A program made the translations under genes and the position numbers. A model generated the notes under the pieces. The model worked only from the letters and a program-made list of their open reading frames with translations, made no database searches and had not been told where the DNA came from. Positions 1 to 9,722 of a DNA stretch of 64,000 nucleotides are shown piece by piece. Every line of letters starts with the position of its first letter. Positions within the stretch are counted from its first letter, which is position 1. Origin of the DNA: Minisyncoccota bacterium (GTDB taxonomy: Bacteria; Patescibacteriota; Minisyncoccia; Phycocordibacterales; UBA1550); NCBI GenBank assembly GCA_023229865.1, contig JALNYL010000001.1, forward strand, positions 23,008 through 87,007, written 5' to 3'.

Positions 1-375
1 CGGCTCACGCTCAACAATCGTCACTGCAATCGTATGCTCACCCGCACGCGCCACGGAAACGCTCTTCATGCGCGGAAATGTTTCGAGGAGCATCCCTTCT
101 GTTTCTCTTTTTGGATAGAGGTAACTGTTGTTGCGTGCGTACACAAAAAAATAATTCCCTTCAAGTTTTTGTCGCACAAGCGAGCGTACGAGATCGGCCG
201 TACCCGCATCGGTCCCGGTAACATTTATCTGATTGATCTGCCACTTTTTATTATGAGAGACTCCACCACCTGCAACAAAAAAGAGAAACGAAAGAACGCC
301 GAGAATAATCGCGACTCGGAGCCATGCCCCAAAATCCTCTCGAACGCGGCTGATTGTATGAGAGAGTCGTTCCAT
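1..375 (-). CDS. FtsQ/DivIB-like cell division protein (N-terminal part; runs off the window edge)
   Basis: Not in the ORF track. Manual translation from ATG 375: MERLSHTISRVREDFGAWLRVAIILGVLSFLFFVAGG...WQINQINVTG...FPRMKSVSVAR...IAVTIVEREP, i.e. a TM helix plus a POTRA-like pattern. Confidence 0.7.
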   Translation of the reverse strand, partial: MERLSHTISRVREDFGAWLRVAIILGVLSFLFFVAGGGVSHNKKWQINQINVTGTDAGTADLVRSLVRQKLEGNYFFVYARNNSYLYPKRETEGMLLETFPRMKSVSVARAGEHTIAVTIVEREP

Positions 376-400
376 CTAATAGTTTTGCAAACAAAAAGTG

Positions 401-1666
401 CTACCCGATTCTTTCTTTTCCTCCCATGTAAGGACGGAGGACTTCAGGGATGATGATGCTGCCGTCTGCCTGCTGGAAGTTTTCAACAAGAGGAACGAGG
501 ATACGCGGAGACGCGATGGCAGTGTTGTTGAGAGAGTGCGCAAAACGCATCTTTCCTTCAGCATCCTTATAACGAATATTCAAACGACGTGTCTGGAAGT
601 CATGGAAATACGAAGCTGAGTGTGTCTCGCGGTAGGTGTTTTGTGAAGGAACCCATGCCTCGATGTCATACTTCTTGACCTGCCCAAGTCCGAGGTCGCC
701 ACCGCAGTTCAACACTACGTGGTATGGAATACCAAGCTTCTGCATGAGCTTCTCAGAGTTATTGGTGAGGTACTCATGGAACTTCACACTTTCTTCGTGG
801 CTTGCCTCACAGAGAATCACCTGCTCCCATTTAAAGAACTCGTGCACGCGGATGAGACCCTTGGTATCCTTGCTGTGACTTCCCGCCTCGCGACGAAATG
901 CTGATGAGAATGAAATGTATTTTTTAGGAAGTTCTGATGCATTCAAAATTTCATCCATGTGATAGCCCATCGTTGCGACCTCTGCTGTCCCGGCAAGGAA
1001 ATCGCCGTCTTGTGTCTTATAGAGATCTTCTTCTCCTTGTGGGAGGAATCCGGTCCCCGTGAGTGGTGCGCGGCGGACGAGTGATGGGACGATCATTGGC
1101 TCAAAACCTTCGGCAGTGAGCTCATTGAGAACAAACTGGGAAAGCGCGAACACGAGACGTGCGCCGTCGCCCTTCAAAACATAGCCACGAAAACCTGCGA
1201 CTTTTGTCCCGCGCTCGAAGTCTGCCATCCCATGCTTTTCAAAAAGCTCGATGTGATCCTTGGGGGTAAAATCAAATGTTGGAATCGTGCCCCATGTGCG
1301 TACCTCGACATTGTCCGAGTCCTCTTTGCCCTCAGGCACTGACATGTCAGGAATATTTGGCACCTGGACCATGAGCCCATACCAAGTTTTCATTATCTCT
1401 GCGAGCTCTTCTTCTTTCTTTCCGAGAATTTCTTTTGCAGACTTTGATTCGTTGATGAGTTTTTCACGCTCTTCAGGGTTGGTAGCGCGAGGCACCGCTT
1501 GTGCGATTTCGTTCTGCTTGGTGCGCATTGCCTCTACTTCTGCGAGGAGGACACGACGAGTGTCGTCTGCCGCCAAAAGCTCGGCAACGTCAAAAGCAAC
1601 GTTTTTCTTTTCTGCCGCGCTTTTTACGAGCTCAGCGTTCTCTCGAATGAATTTAATGTCTAACAT
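401..1666 (-). CDS. serS: Serine--tRNA ligase
   Basis: MLDIKFIREN start, GTAEV, FRREAGS, GLIRVHEF, HSLNNT motifs; start trimmed to ATG 1666. Confidence 0.98.
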   Translation of the reverse strand: MLDIKFIRENAELVKSAAEKKNVAFDVAELLAADDTRRVLLAEVEAMRTKQNEIAQAVPRATNPEEREKLINESKSAKEILGKKEEELAEIMKTWYGLMVQVPNIPDMSVPEGKEDSDNVEVRTWGTIPTFDFTPKDHIELFEKHGMADFERGTKVAGFRGYVLKGDGARLVFALSQFVLNELTAEGFEPMIVPSLVRRAPLTGTGFLPQGEEDLYKTQDGDFLAGTAEVATMGYHMDEILNASELPKKYISFSSAFRREAGSHSKDTKGLIRVHEFFKWEQVILCEASHEESVKFHEYLTNNSEKLMQKLGIPYHVVLNCGGDLGLGQVKKYDIEAWVPSQNTYRETHSASYFHDFQTRRLNIRYKDAEGKMRFAHSLNNTAIASPRILVPLVENFQQADGSIIIPEVLRPYMGGKERIG

Positions 1667-1726
1667 AGTACTGGAAGTATACCTCAGCAGCGACCAAAAA
1701 TAAAGTATGATAGAATATACAGAATT

Positions 1727-2602
1727 ATGAGTAGCGCACATTCATATACTATTAGTACACTCTCAAAGGATGAATTCCCTCCTGCGCTTCTTGAGATTCC
1801 ACAGCCTCCCAAGAATCTTTTTGTGGCCGGAGAACTTCCTGACCCTACTCAGTTTTATTACCTCGCCGTCGTTGGCTCACGCAAATACACCAACTACGGT
1901 CGTGAAGCTGTCGAGCGTATCATCGCAGGTCTCACTGGTTATCCTATTTGTATCGTCTCGGGGCTCGCCATGGGTATCGACGGTATCGCACATCGTGCAG
2001 CACTCGATGCAGGACTTCCGACGGTCGCAGTCCCTGGCTCAGGACTCGACCCGGCGGTCATCTATCCCCGCACGCATGTAAACCTCGCACGCGAGATAGT
2101 CGCAAACGGTGGCGCACTACTCTCTGAATACGAACCAGACTTCCGCGCGACTACGTGGAGCTTCCCACAGCGCAACAGAATAATGGCGGGCCTTTGCCAA
2201 GGAGTACTCGTTGTTGAGGCCGAAGAAAAGTCTGGCACACTCATTACTGCGCGCCTCGCCACCGAGTACAGTAGAAATGTATTCACGGTTCCTGGTCCCA
2301 TTTTCTCCGCAACGTCAAAAGGTACCAACAGTCTCTTGCGACAAGGCGCGGCCCCTATCACGTGTGCGAAGGATTTGCTTGAGGAGATTGGTTTCGTCGA
2401 GCAATCTTTCGGCACGCTCGATCTCACTATGTACACACCAGAGGAACAAGCGGTGCTCATACTATTAGATGAGCCACGCGAACGCGAAGAGATTATTGCA
2501 TCGATCGATGCGCCTTCCGCCGACACACTTTCAGTCTTAACCGTCCTCGAAATCAAGGGCGTGATTCAGGAGCGTTTGGGGAAAATTGAGCGCGCAAAAT
2601 AG
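1727..2602 (+). CDS. dprA: DNA-processing protein DprA
   Basis: AVVGSR, VSGLAMGIDGIAH, FPQRNRI, SGTLITA motifs; adjacent to topA. Confidence 0.97.
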   Translation: MSSAHSYTISTLSKDEFPPALLEIPQPPKNLFVAGELPDPTQFYYLAVVGSRKYTNYGREAVERIIAGLTGYPICIVSGLAMGIDGIAHRAALDAGLPTVAVPGSGLDPAVIYPRTHVNLAREIVANGGALLSEYEPDFRATTWSFPQRNRIMAGLCQGVLVVEAEEKSGTLITARLATEYSRNVFTVPGPIFSATSKGTNSLLRQGAAPITCAKDLLEEIGFVEQSFGTLDLTMYTPEEQAVLILLDEPREREEIIASIDAPSADTLSVLTVLEIKGVIQERLGKIERAK

Positions 2603-2614
2603 GCATACTAAAAC

Positions 2615-2645
2615 TTGACAAAGCACAGTATAAGTGCTATCCTGT
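2615..2645 (+). promoter_or_regulatory. Sigma70-type promoter with an overlapping dyad (operator-like)
   Basis: TTGACA(2615)-17 bp-TATCCT with extended TG; dyad ACAGTATA-N5-TATCCTGT. Confidence 0.65.
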
Positions 2646-2701
2646 AACGGAATCGCAGTAACTTACTGTGAATGTCATTGAACCTTCATAAGGAGCAGAA
2701 A

Positions 2702-2893
2702 ATGAACCGTTTCGGAAAGTTTCTTTTGTCCCTCGTTCTCGTCATTGCCTTGATTCTGGTGGCTGTTACATACGCCCCCAGCACAAAAGCAATGGTGCTG
2801 ATAATCATCGCAGGAACTATCCTTCTGGCCTCTGCGGCCGCATGGATGGACGTCGCAATGGCACTCAAGAAAGAACGAGACCGGCCATACTGA
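2702..2893 (+). CDS. Small two-TM hypothetical protein
   Basis: SD AAGGAG before ATG 2702; two hydrophobic helices; followed by a terminator. Confidence 0.7.
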   Translation: MNRFGKFLLSLVLVIALILVAVTYAPSTKAMVLIIIAGTILLASAAAWMDVAMALKKERDRPY

Positions 2894-2912
2894 CCAACAT
2901 CAGTTACCCAAC

Positions 2913-2952
2913 AAACCCCTTTGTAAGACGAAAGTCTACAGAGGGGTTTTTC
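2913..2952 (+). terminator. Intrinsic terminator
   Basis: AAACCCCT...AGGGGTTTTT stem with T tract. Confidence 0.7.
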
Positions 2953-3001
2953 TTTATCCCCATTTGCAAAAATAATCACTCTATAGTACTAATTAGTTTC
3001 A

Positions 3002-5209
3002 ATGGCAACCAAATCATACAAACTCCTCATTGTCGAGTCACCGTCAAAAGCGAAGACTATTGGGAAATATTTGGGCGATGAATACGTCGTGAAGGCATCT
3101 GTTGGACACATCCGCGACCTTCCTAAGAGCAACAAACAAGCTATCGATATTCCCGGTGGCTTTATTCCATTTTACGAAATCTCAAAAGGTAAGGCTGATG
3201 TCGTGCATGAGATTGACTCGCTCGCAAAGAAAGCAAGTGAGGTGCTTCTTGCAACCGACCCCGACCGTGAAGGAGAAGCTATCGCATGGCACATCAAAGA
3301 AGCCTGTAAGCTCAAAAACCCGAAGCGTGTTACGTATCACGAAATCACCAAGAGCGCTATCGAAGAAGCCATCGCGCATCCACGTGATATTGATGCCAAC
3401 CTCGTGAAAGCACAGGAGGCTCGTCGCGTACTCGACAGACTCGTAGGATACGATCTCTCGGGACTCATTTGGAAAAAAGTTCGCTATGGACTTTCGGCTG
3501 GTCGTGTACAGTCCCCTGCTCTCCGTATCATCATGGAGCGTGAGCGTGAGATCCGCGCATTTGTACCTGAGGCATACTGGTCACTTACGGCAAAGGTCAA
3601 AACAAAGGGTGGCGCAGAACTCGAGCTCGCCTGCACCGAGGAGCCTCGTGATGAGTCAATTGTAAAAAACATTTTGAAGATTGGTCGCGAGAATCAATGG
3701 GTTGTGCGCGAAGTAAAAGAAAGTGAAGTAGGCCGCTCACCAAAGGCGCCGTTCATCACGTCTACTCTCCAGCAAGCTGGTTCATCTCGCTTTGGCTTCG
3801 CACCATCACGTACGATGGGTATCGCTCAAAAGCTCTACGAAAAAGGTTTCATCACCTATATGCGTACGGACAGTACTACCCTTTCAAAGGATGCGACCGG
3901 AGCAATCCTCTCTGAAATATCAAAGCGCTACGGACCACAGTCTGTAGAGGCTCGCGTATACAAGACGAAGAGCAAGAATGCGCAGGAAGCGCACGAAGCT
4001 ATTCGTCCTACCGATATGAGTCAGGATAATCTCGGTATGAATCCCGAGGAGCAAAAGCTCTATCGTCTCATCTGGGCACGTACTATCGCATCACAAATGG
4101 TTGATGCTCGTCTCGCAAGAACGACGGTCCTCGCAAACGTCCGTGAGAATTTGATACCTAATTTTTCTGTGACCGGCTCACGTGTCATTACTCCTGGCTG
4201 GCTCGCAGCTGACCCTGACTCACGTGGTGAGGATGTTGAGCTCCCCAAAGTTACTGAGGGTGAATCGCTCATTCTCCTCTCACTTGATGACGAGGCGAAG
4301 TTTACCGAGCCACCTGCTCGCTACTCAGAAGCAGGGCTCATTAAGGAGCTTGAGAAGCGCGACATCGGTCGTCCATCTACCTACGCATCCATCATTAAAA
4401 CTATCCAAGACCGTGGCTATGTGACCAAAGACGGCAAAGCTCTCAAACCTACCGACACGGGCGACGTGGTGAGCTCGTTCCTCGAAGAACATTTTGCAAA
4501 TTATATTTCTGACACCTTCACCGCAGAGATGGAAAACAAGCTCGACGATATCGCAAACGGCGACCGCGAGTACGTGAAAGTGCTCAAAGAATTTTACGGA
4601 CCATTCACCAAAGATCTCAAGGCAAAAGATAAGCTCGACAAGCAGACGACTCTTGGCGACGCAGACCCACAGCACAAGTGTCCAAAGTGTAACAGCTCGA
4701 TGGTTATCAAACTTTCAAAGAACGGGAAATTCCTTTCGTGCAAAAACTATCCTGATTGTGACGGCGCACGAATGATTGACGGCACCGAGCTTGCAGGCCC
4801 GCGCGACACAGGAGAGCTTTGCCCTAAGTGTGGCAAATCAAATCTCTTCGAACGTGACGGACGATTCGGAAGATTCATCGCCTGTGGAGCTTACCCAAAG
4901 TGTAAGTTTATTAAAAAAGACGAGACCGCAGCGCTCCTCAATCACACAGGTGTCCCCTGCCCTATGTGCAAAAAAGGATTTATGACTGAGCGCAAAGGCC
5001 GCTTCGGCGTCTTTTATAGTTGCACGAGCTACCCCGACTGCAAGAATGCAATCAAGGCAAGACCAACTGGCAACTACTGCAAGTATCCAAAACTCGAAGG
5101 CGGCGAGTGTGGCGCACTCATGATGGATGGCACGAAAACTATCCCCGAAAGATGTAGTAATAAACTTTGTCCAAATCATAATCCGCATAAACTAGAGAAG
5201 GCAAAGTAA
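3002..5209 (+). CDS. topA: DNA topoisomerase I
   Basis: VESPSKAKTI, ATDPDREGEAI, SAGRVQS, ITYMRTD, GRPSTY; C-terminal C4 zinc ribbons. Confidence 0.98.
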   Translation: MATKSYKLLIVESPSKAKTIGKYLGDEYVVKASVGHIRDLPKSNKQAIDIPGGFIPFYEISKGKADVVHEIDSLAKKASEVLLATDPDREGEAIAWHIKEACKLKNPKRVTYHEITKSAIEEAIAHPRDIDANLVKAQEARRVLDRLVGYDLSGLIWKKVRYGLSAGRVQSPALRIIMEREREIRAFVPEAYWSLTAKVKTKGGAELELACTEEPRDESIVKNILKIGRENQWVVREVKESEVGRSPKAPFITSTLQQAGSSRFGFAPSRTMGIAQKLYEKGFITYMRTDSTTLSKDATGAILSEISKRYGPQSVEARVYKTKSKNAQEAHEAIRPTDMSQDNLGMNPEEQKLYRLIWARTIASQMVDARLARTTVLANVRENLIPNFSVTGSRVITPGWLAADPDSRGEDVELPKVTEGESLILLSLDDEAKFTEPPARYSEAGLIKELEKRDIGRPSTYASIIKTIQDRGYVTKDGKALKPTDTGDVVSSFLEEHFANYISDTFTAEMENKLDDIANGDREYVKVLKEFYGPFTKDLKAKDKLDKQTTLGDADPQHKCPKCNSSMVIKLSKNGKFLSCKNYPDCDGARMIDGTELAGPRDTGELCPKCGKSNLFERDGRFGRFIACGAYPKCKFIKKDETAALLNHTGVPCPMCKKGFMTERKGRFGVFYSCTSYPDCKNAIKARPTGNYCKYPKLEGGECGALMMDGTKTIPERCSNKLCPNHNPHKLEKAK

Positions 5210-5220
5210 GTAGCCCGAAT

Positions 5221-5248
5221 AAAAAAAGCCGCACATGTGCGGCTTTTT
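5221..5248. terminator. Bidirectional terminator
   Basis: AAAAAAAGCCGCACATGTGCGGCTTTTT between convergent genes. Confidence 0.8.
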
Positions 5249-5267
5249 GTTTGGCAGGCTTCTCTGC

Positions 5268-5516
5268 CTACTCATCCTTGTTGTTGACACGAGTGACTTC
5301 GACACGCGCAACATCCACGATCTCCTCACCGCAAGAGTTGCAGTACCGGGTCCGCACATATTCATGCGGGCCCTGATTACTGATTTCGAAGCGCGGATCC
5401 ACCTCGGATTTCCAGCTACCGCATTTCTTGCAGCGGAAGTTCGCAAGCAGATAGCGGACGCCGGCGGCCAAACCCAGGAGTACGACGAGAACATAGAAAT
5501 AACCATCGTAATTCAT
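5268..5516 (-). CDS. Small membrane-anchored zinc-ribbon hypothetical protein
   Basis: N-terminal TM, CKKC...CNSC; SD GAGGAG. Confidence 0.7.
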   Translation of the reverse strand: MNYDGYFYVLVVLLGLAAGVRYLLANFRCKKCGSWKSEVDPRFEISNQGPHEYVRTRYCNSCGEEIVDVARVEVTRVNNKDE

Positions 5517-5659
5517 AACTAATCTCCTCTAAAAGGTTCAAAATTACTGCTAAATCGATTAAACCATAAATATTTAAAAATGTAAAATAGTAAGTTTGAC
5601 GAATCGACTCAAAAAGGATAGTCTTCCCTCAGACACATTTCTTTTTTGAGGAGGCAACT

Positions 5660-5944
5660 ATGTTCGAAATGGCCGTTGTAATTGTTTTGGTTTGTGTCGT
5701 TTCTTTTTTCGTCGCGATTGGTATTGTAATGCTGCATAAAATCTGGACACCCGACCCAGTAGCATCAGCACGTTATCAACAACTTAAGGAGCTTGCCCGT
5801 AAGGCAAACAAAGGTGACACTGAAGCAATCAAAGACTGCCAAAGCAATACAGATATCAAAGTCGGCAAGTTCTGGCGCCCATGGGGGTACCAAAAACATT
5901 ATTCCGTGCACCCCACTGCTCTTTATGCATGTTTCCAAATTTGA
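5660..5944 (+). CDS. Hypothetical protein with N-terminal TM
   Basis: SD GAGGAGG; upstream TTGACG...TAGTCT; downstream hairpin. Confidence 0.7.
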   Translation: MFEMAVVIVLVCVVSFFVAIGIVMLHKIWTPDPVASARYQQLKELARKANKGDTEAIKDCQSNTDIKVGKFWRPWGYQKHYSVHPTALYACFQI

Positions 5945-6017
5945 TTAACTCGCTCCATTTGCGCCCCGCGCAAATGGAGCGTTTGCTTTTCAAGCGCTCT
6001 TCCCATAATATGTGAAT

Positions 6018-7505
6018 ATGACTCACCCTTCATATCCAACCGTAGAAGAAATCATCAAGCTCATGAAGGAGCCAAGCAAGGCTGACCGCGAGCTTGTTCA
6101 AAAGGCTTACGCGTTTGCAGAAAAAGCTCACGAAGGACAGAAGCGCTACTCGGGTGAACCCTATTTCAATCACGTCGCACACGTAGGTGCAAATCTCGCA
6201 GGTATTCATGTTGATGCGGCGACTGTTGCTGCTGGTATCCTCCACGACACGATAGAAGACGCAGGTGTGACTGCGGAAACAATGGAGAAAGAATTTGGTA
6301 AGGAAGTCCTCACGCTCGTCGAGGGTGTGACCAAGCTCGGCAAGCTCCGCTATCACGGCGTAGAGCGACACGTAGAAAGTTTGCGTAAGTTTTTCATCGC
6401 AATGTCACACGACATCCGCGTACTCTTGATCAAGCTCGCTGACCGCCTCCATAATATCCAAACACTCGAACACGTCCCCGAGGCAAAGCGCGCGCGCATC
6501 GCACTTGAAACACTCGAGATCCACGCGCGCCTCGCTGATCGTTTCGGTATGGGAAAATGGAAAGCCGTCTTCGAAGACGCTGCGTTCCCTTACGCATACC
6601 CAAAGGAACACACGCAGGTACTTTCTATCATCAAGCACAAGCGCATCACTGATGAAAAATATGCGGAAAAGATTCACCGCTCAATCCAAAAAGAGCTTGC
6701 AGAAAACGGCCTCAAGCATGCCCGCGTGGACTTCCGTGTAAAAAATCTTTTCAGTCTCTGGAAGAAACTCGCGCGCAAAGACATGGACCCCGACAAAGTG
6801 TACGACATCCTCGCGGTGCGTGTTATCGTCGAGACTGTTGAAGATTGCTATCGAGCACTGGGCGTGATCCACAAACACTGGAGACCCGTCTCAGGACGTA
6901 TCAAGGACTACATCGCAATCCCAAAAAACAACGGTTACCGCTCCCTCCACACTACGATTTTCCGTGGCGATGGCGGTATTATCGAAGTACAGATTCGTAC
7001 CAAAGAAATGCACGAAGAGGCACAGTACGGTATCGCTTCACACCTCGCCTACAAAGAAAAAGGTGGCAGTATCCCTCTCGAGACCGACAAAAAGCTTGCG
7101 TGGGTTAAAGAGCTCGCAAAATGGCAAAAAGAAGTTGCGGGGTCTGAGGAATTTATGGAGAACCTCAAGATGGACTTCTTTAAGAATCGCGTGTTCGTCT
7201 ACACACCAAAAGGCGACGTTATCGACCTTCCTGAAGAATCAAGTGCAATCGACTTTGCGTATGCCATCCACTCAAACATCGGCAATCACCTCTCGGGCGC
7301 AAAGGTAAATGGCAAACTTGTGTCGATTGAAACCAAGCTCAAGAGCGGCGACATTGTAGAAATCGAAACAAAAGAAAGTGCGTGCCCAAAGCGTAAGTGG
7401 CTCGAACACGCGAAGACCACGCTCGCTAAGAGACACATCCGCACCTACCTCGAAAAAACGAGTTCGATCGGGACCCTCGCACAAAAGTTTTTCGGAGGGA
7501 ATTAA
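6018..7505 (+). CDS. rel: RelA/SpoT (p)ppGpp synthetase/hydrolase, C-terminally truncated (HD-SYNTH-TGS)
   Basis: RYSGEPY, LHDTIED, KLADRLHN, DYIAIPKNNGYRSLHT, EVQIRT; TGS DFAYAIHS. Confidence 0.95.
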   Translation: MTHPSYPTVEEIIKLMKEPSKADRELVQKAYAFAEKAHEGQKRYSGEPYFNHVAHVGANLAGIHVDAATVAAGILHDTIEDAGVTAETMEKEFGKEVLTLVEGVTKLGKLRYHGVERHVESLRKFFIAMSHDIRVLLIKLADRLHNIQTLEHVPEAKRARIALETLEIHARLADRFGMGKWKAVFEDAAFPYAYPKEHTQVLSIIKHKRITDEKYAEKIHRSIQKELAENGLKHARVDFRVKNLFSLWKKLARKDMDPDKVYDILAVRVIVETVEDCYRALGVIHKHWRPVSGRIKDYIAIPKNNGYRSLHTTIFRGDGGIIEVQIRTKEMHEEAQYGIASHLAYKEKGGSIPLETDKKLAWVKELAKWQKEVAGSEEFMENLKMDFFKNRVFVYTPKGDVIDLPEESSAIDFAYAIHSNIGNHLSGAKVNGKLVSIETKLKSGDIVEIETKESACPKRKWLEHAKTTLAKRHIRTYLEKTSSIGTLAQKFFGGN

Positions 7506-7559
7506 ACACATAACAAAAAGGGCGCATCGCGAAGCGACGCGCCCTTTTGGGTTACCCTA

Positions 7560-8567
7560 CTAAATCGAGAAATTCTTTACGTTGTAAATATCCTCATCAG
7601 GATCCTGCTCCATCGCCTTCTCCTCTCCTGCCTCTGCGAGTTCTCCTGGTTGCGCCTCTCGCGCTGCCTCAGCAACCGTCTCCCCAAGTGGTGGCACCGC
7701 AACAGCGGACGCTGTGGTCTGCATTTCTGCATGCAAACGCTTCATGAAGTTGCGCACGTCATCATTTGAGAAAAAGTCGATAACAATCTTTCCACCGACT
7801 TCACGCTTTTCAATCTGCACACGTGTACCAAGGCGCTCAGTGAGCTCAGCCTCAAACTCAAGAATTTCAGGGTCGAAACCACGATCGGGCTTGCGTACCT
7901 TTTCAACTGCAATACGTCGTGCGATGCGCTCTGCTTCGCGAACATTGAGCTTCTTGAAAATGATTTCCTTAAAAAGTGTGCTTTGCTCCTCTGCGCGACC
8001 CGAAAGCATGAGGAGGGGGCGTGTGTGACCCTCGGTGATTTTGCGTTCAGCGAGCGCTGTCTGCATTTCCTCAGGAAGGGCGAGGAGACGAAGTGTATTT
8101 GAAACATACTCACGGCTCTTGCCTACCTTTGCCGCGATCTGCACATGCTTGAAACCAAAATCATCTGCAAGACGCTGAAATGCCTTTGCGCGATCGATAG
8201 GGTTCAAGTCCTCACGCTGGAGGTTCTCAATGATTGCGAGCTCGAGCTTCATTCTATCTTCTTCCTCCTTTCCTTCTTCGCCAATGCGAATGAGTACAGG
8301 GACTTGAGAAAGCCCAGCAATCTTTGAAGCACGGAGGCGACGTTCTCCTGCGATGAGCTCGTACTCTACGGCGAGTCCACCTTCTGGCTTTTCAATCTCA
8401 CGACGTGTTACGACGAGTGGCTGAAGGATACCGTACTGCTTGATCGAGTCTGCGAGGTCACGAAGTTTGTATTCATCAAATTCCTTACGCGGTTGAAATG
8501 GGTTTGCTTTAATCTTTTCTGTTTCGATCCAGAAGATTGCGTTTTGGTACATTTGATGATTTGCCAT
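7560..8567 (-). CDS. parB: ParB/Spo0J partition protein
   Basis: NPFQPRK, GILQPLVV, IAGERRLRA, ENLQREDL, HTH; start trimmed to MANH. Confidence 0.95.
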   Translation of the reverse strand: MANHQMYQNAIFWIETEKIKANPFQPRKEFDEYKLRDLADSIKQYGILQPLVVTRREIEKPEGGLAVEYELIAGERRLRASKIAGLSQVPVLIRIGEEGKEEEDRMKLELAIIENLQREDLNPIDRAKAFQRLADDFGFKHVQIAAKVGKSREYVSNTLRLLALPEEMQTALAERKITEGHTRPLLMLSGRAEEQSTLFKEIIFKKLNVREAERIARRIAVEKVRKPDRGFDPEILEFEAELTERLGTRVQIEKREVGGKIVIDFFSNDDVRNFMKRLHAEMQTTASAVAVPPLGETVAEAAREAQPGELAEAGEEKAMEQDPDEDIYNVKNFSI

Positions 8568-8674
8568 GAGTGTAAAAGTTAAATTCGTATGGGCACATCT
8601 TATCACAAGTTGCGCGTACTGCAAAAATGCTGTCTCTTGATAAAAAACTGTGATACCATTGGGTTACAACCAAC

Positions 8675-8896
8675 ATGTCACTAGAAAAATTTAAACCAGT
8701 TTATGATATGACGCCACAAGAGATTGAGGAACAAAAACGTGATGCAATCTTAAAACAAGAAGAAATTTTAAAGAAGGTTGCCGACAGGCAGTCGGGCGAC
8801 AAAACCCAAAACGATAATTTCGTAATTACTCCGCTCATGCGCAAAGAAGCGGAGGTTCGCGAAGAGCTCCTTAGGAAAACGCTTCCTGAGGATTAG
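8675..8896 (+). CDS. Small charged hypothetical protein
   Basis: 73 aa ORF divergent from parB with plausible composition. Confidence 0.55.
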   Translation: MSLEKFKPVYDMTPQEIEEQKRDAILKQEEILKKVADRQSGDKTQNDNFVITPLMRKEAEVREELLRKTLPED

Positions 8897-8982
8897 TATT
8901 CCTCAAACACCACATACTATTGCTTTTTGCATCAAAATGTGCTATAGTATTTGCAGTTGATCATTACAGAAGGAGGTATATC

Positions 8983-9342
8983 GTGCATGATATTTTCAAG
9001 CTTGCAACATTAACCGCAAGCAGGGCCCGCTCAGCTGGTGTGCGCCCAAATCAAATTGTGCGCACGGTGTGTACAGAAAATGATGTTCTTGAGAGTGAAC
9101 TCGACGAGGTTAAAAAACTTGTACTTTCCGAATGCGGGAGAAGGAGTGGCCAAGTTCGCAGAAAGAAAGCCGTGCAAAGACAAATGAGTCTTTTGAACGA
9201 GCCTGCAACAGACAATACTATCGAGAAAGCCCCCGCGCAACAGTTGGAACTTTTCCTCGGTCGCCCGTATGAGCAAATTCGTCAAGACGCAGAGAACCAC
9301 GAAGCATCCCTGTGCTCTGGCCTCCCCGAAGAAGATCGCTGA
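8983..9342 (+). CDS. Hypothetical protein
   Basis: SD AGGAGG before GTG 8983; TGC-TATAGT -10 upstream; terminator about 9350-9381. Confidence 0.6.
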   Translation: MHDIFKLATLTASRARSAGVRPNQIVRTVCTENDVLESELDEVKKLVLSECGRRSGQVRRKKAVQRQMSLLNEPATDNTIEKAPAQQLELFLGRPYEQIRQDAENHEASLCSGLPEEDR

Positions 9343-9479
9343 TGATCCACTCCCCTCACCGACTCGGTGCGGGGAGTTTTATTTTGCACCCCCGGACATC
9401 TAGTGTTACTATGAAGCCATAGACAAAAGCGTAAGAAAAATAAATTCCTACGTCATAAAATAGTACGCCACAAAATCAA

Positions 9480-9722
9480 ATGACAACAATGACAACATTT
9501 TTAGGGTTCGGACTCGTATGGTGGACGGGGATCATTGGAGGATTTATTTTCCTCCTTCTCGTCGGCACTGCGTGGATCAAACAATACAACTACAATCTTT
9601 TTATGAAGTTCCAGGTCCCTTTCACCCCATTCCACCACTGGTTTGGTTGGCTCGCATTTGGAATGCTTCTTGTTCATTTTATCCTCGCGCTCTTCAGCTC
9701 TGTCTTTTATGTCTATTTCTAA
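9480..9722 (+). CDS. Small two-TM His-containing membrane protein (cytochrome b/ferric-reductase-like half module)
   Basis: FHHWFGWLAFGMLLVH: His pair about 13-14 residues apart in a TM helix; overlaps the downstream oxidoreductase start. Confidence 0.65.
   Translation: MTTMTTFLGFGLVWWTGIIGGFIFLLLVGTAWIKQYNYNLFMKFQVPFTPFHHWFGWLAFGMLLVHFILALFSSVFYVYF

Noticed and set aside
7560-8700. parS site near parB
   Set aside because: No TGTTTCACGTGAAACA-like palindrome was seen
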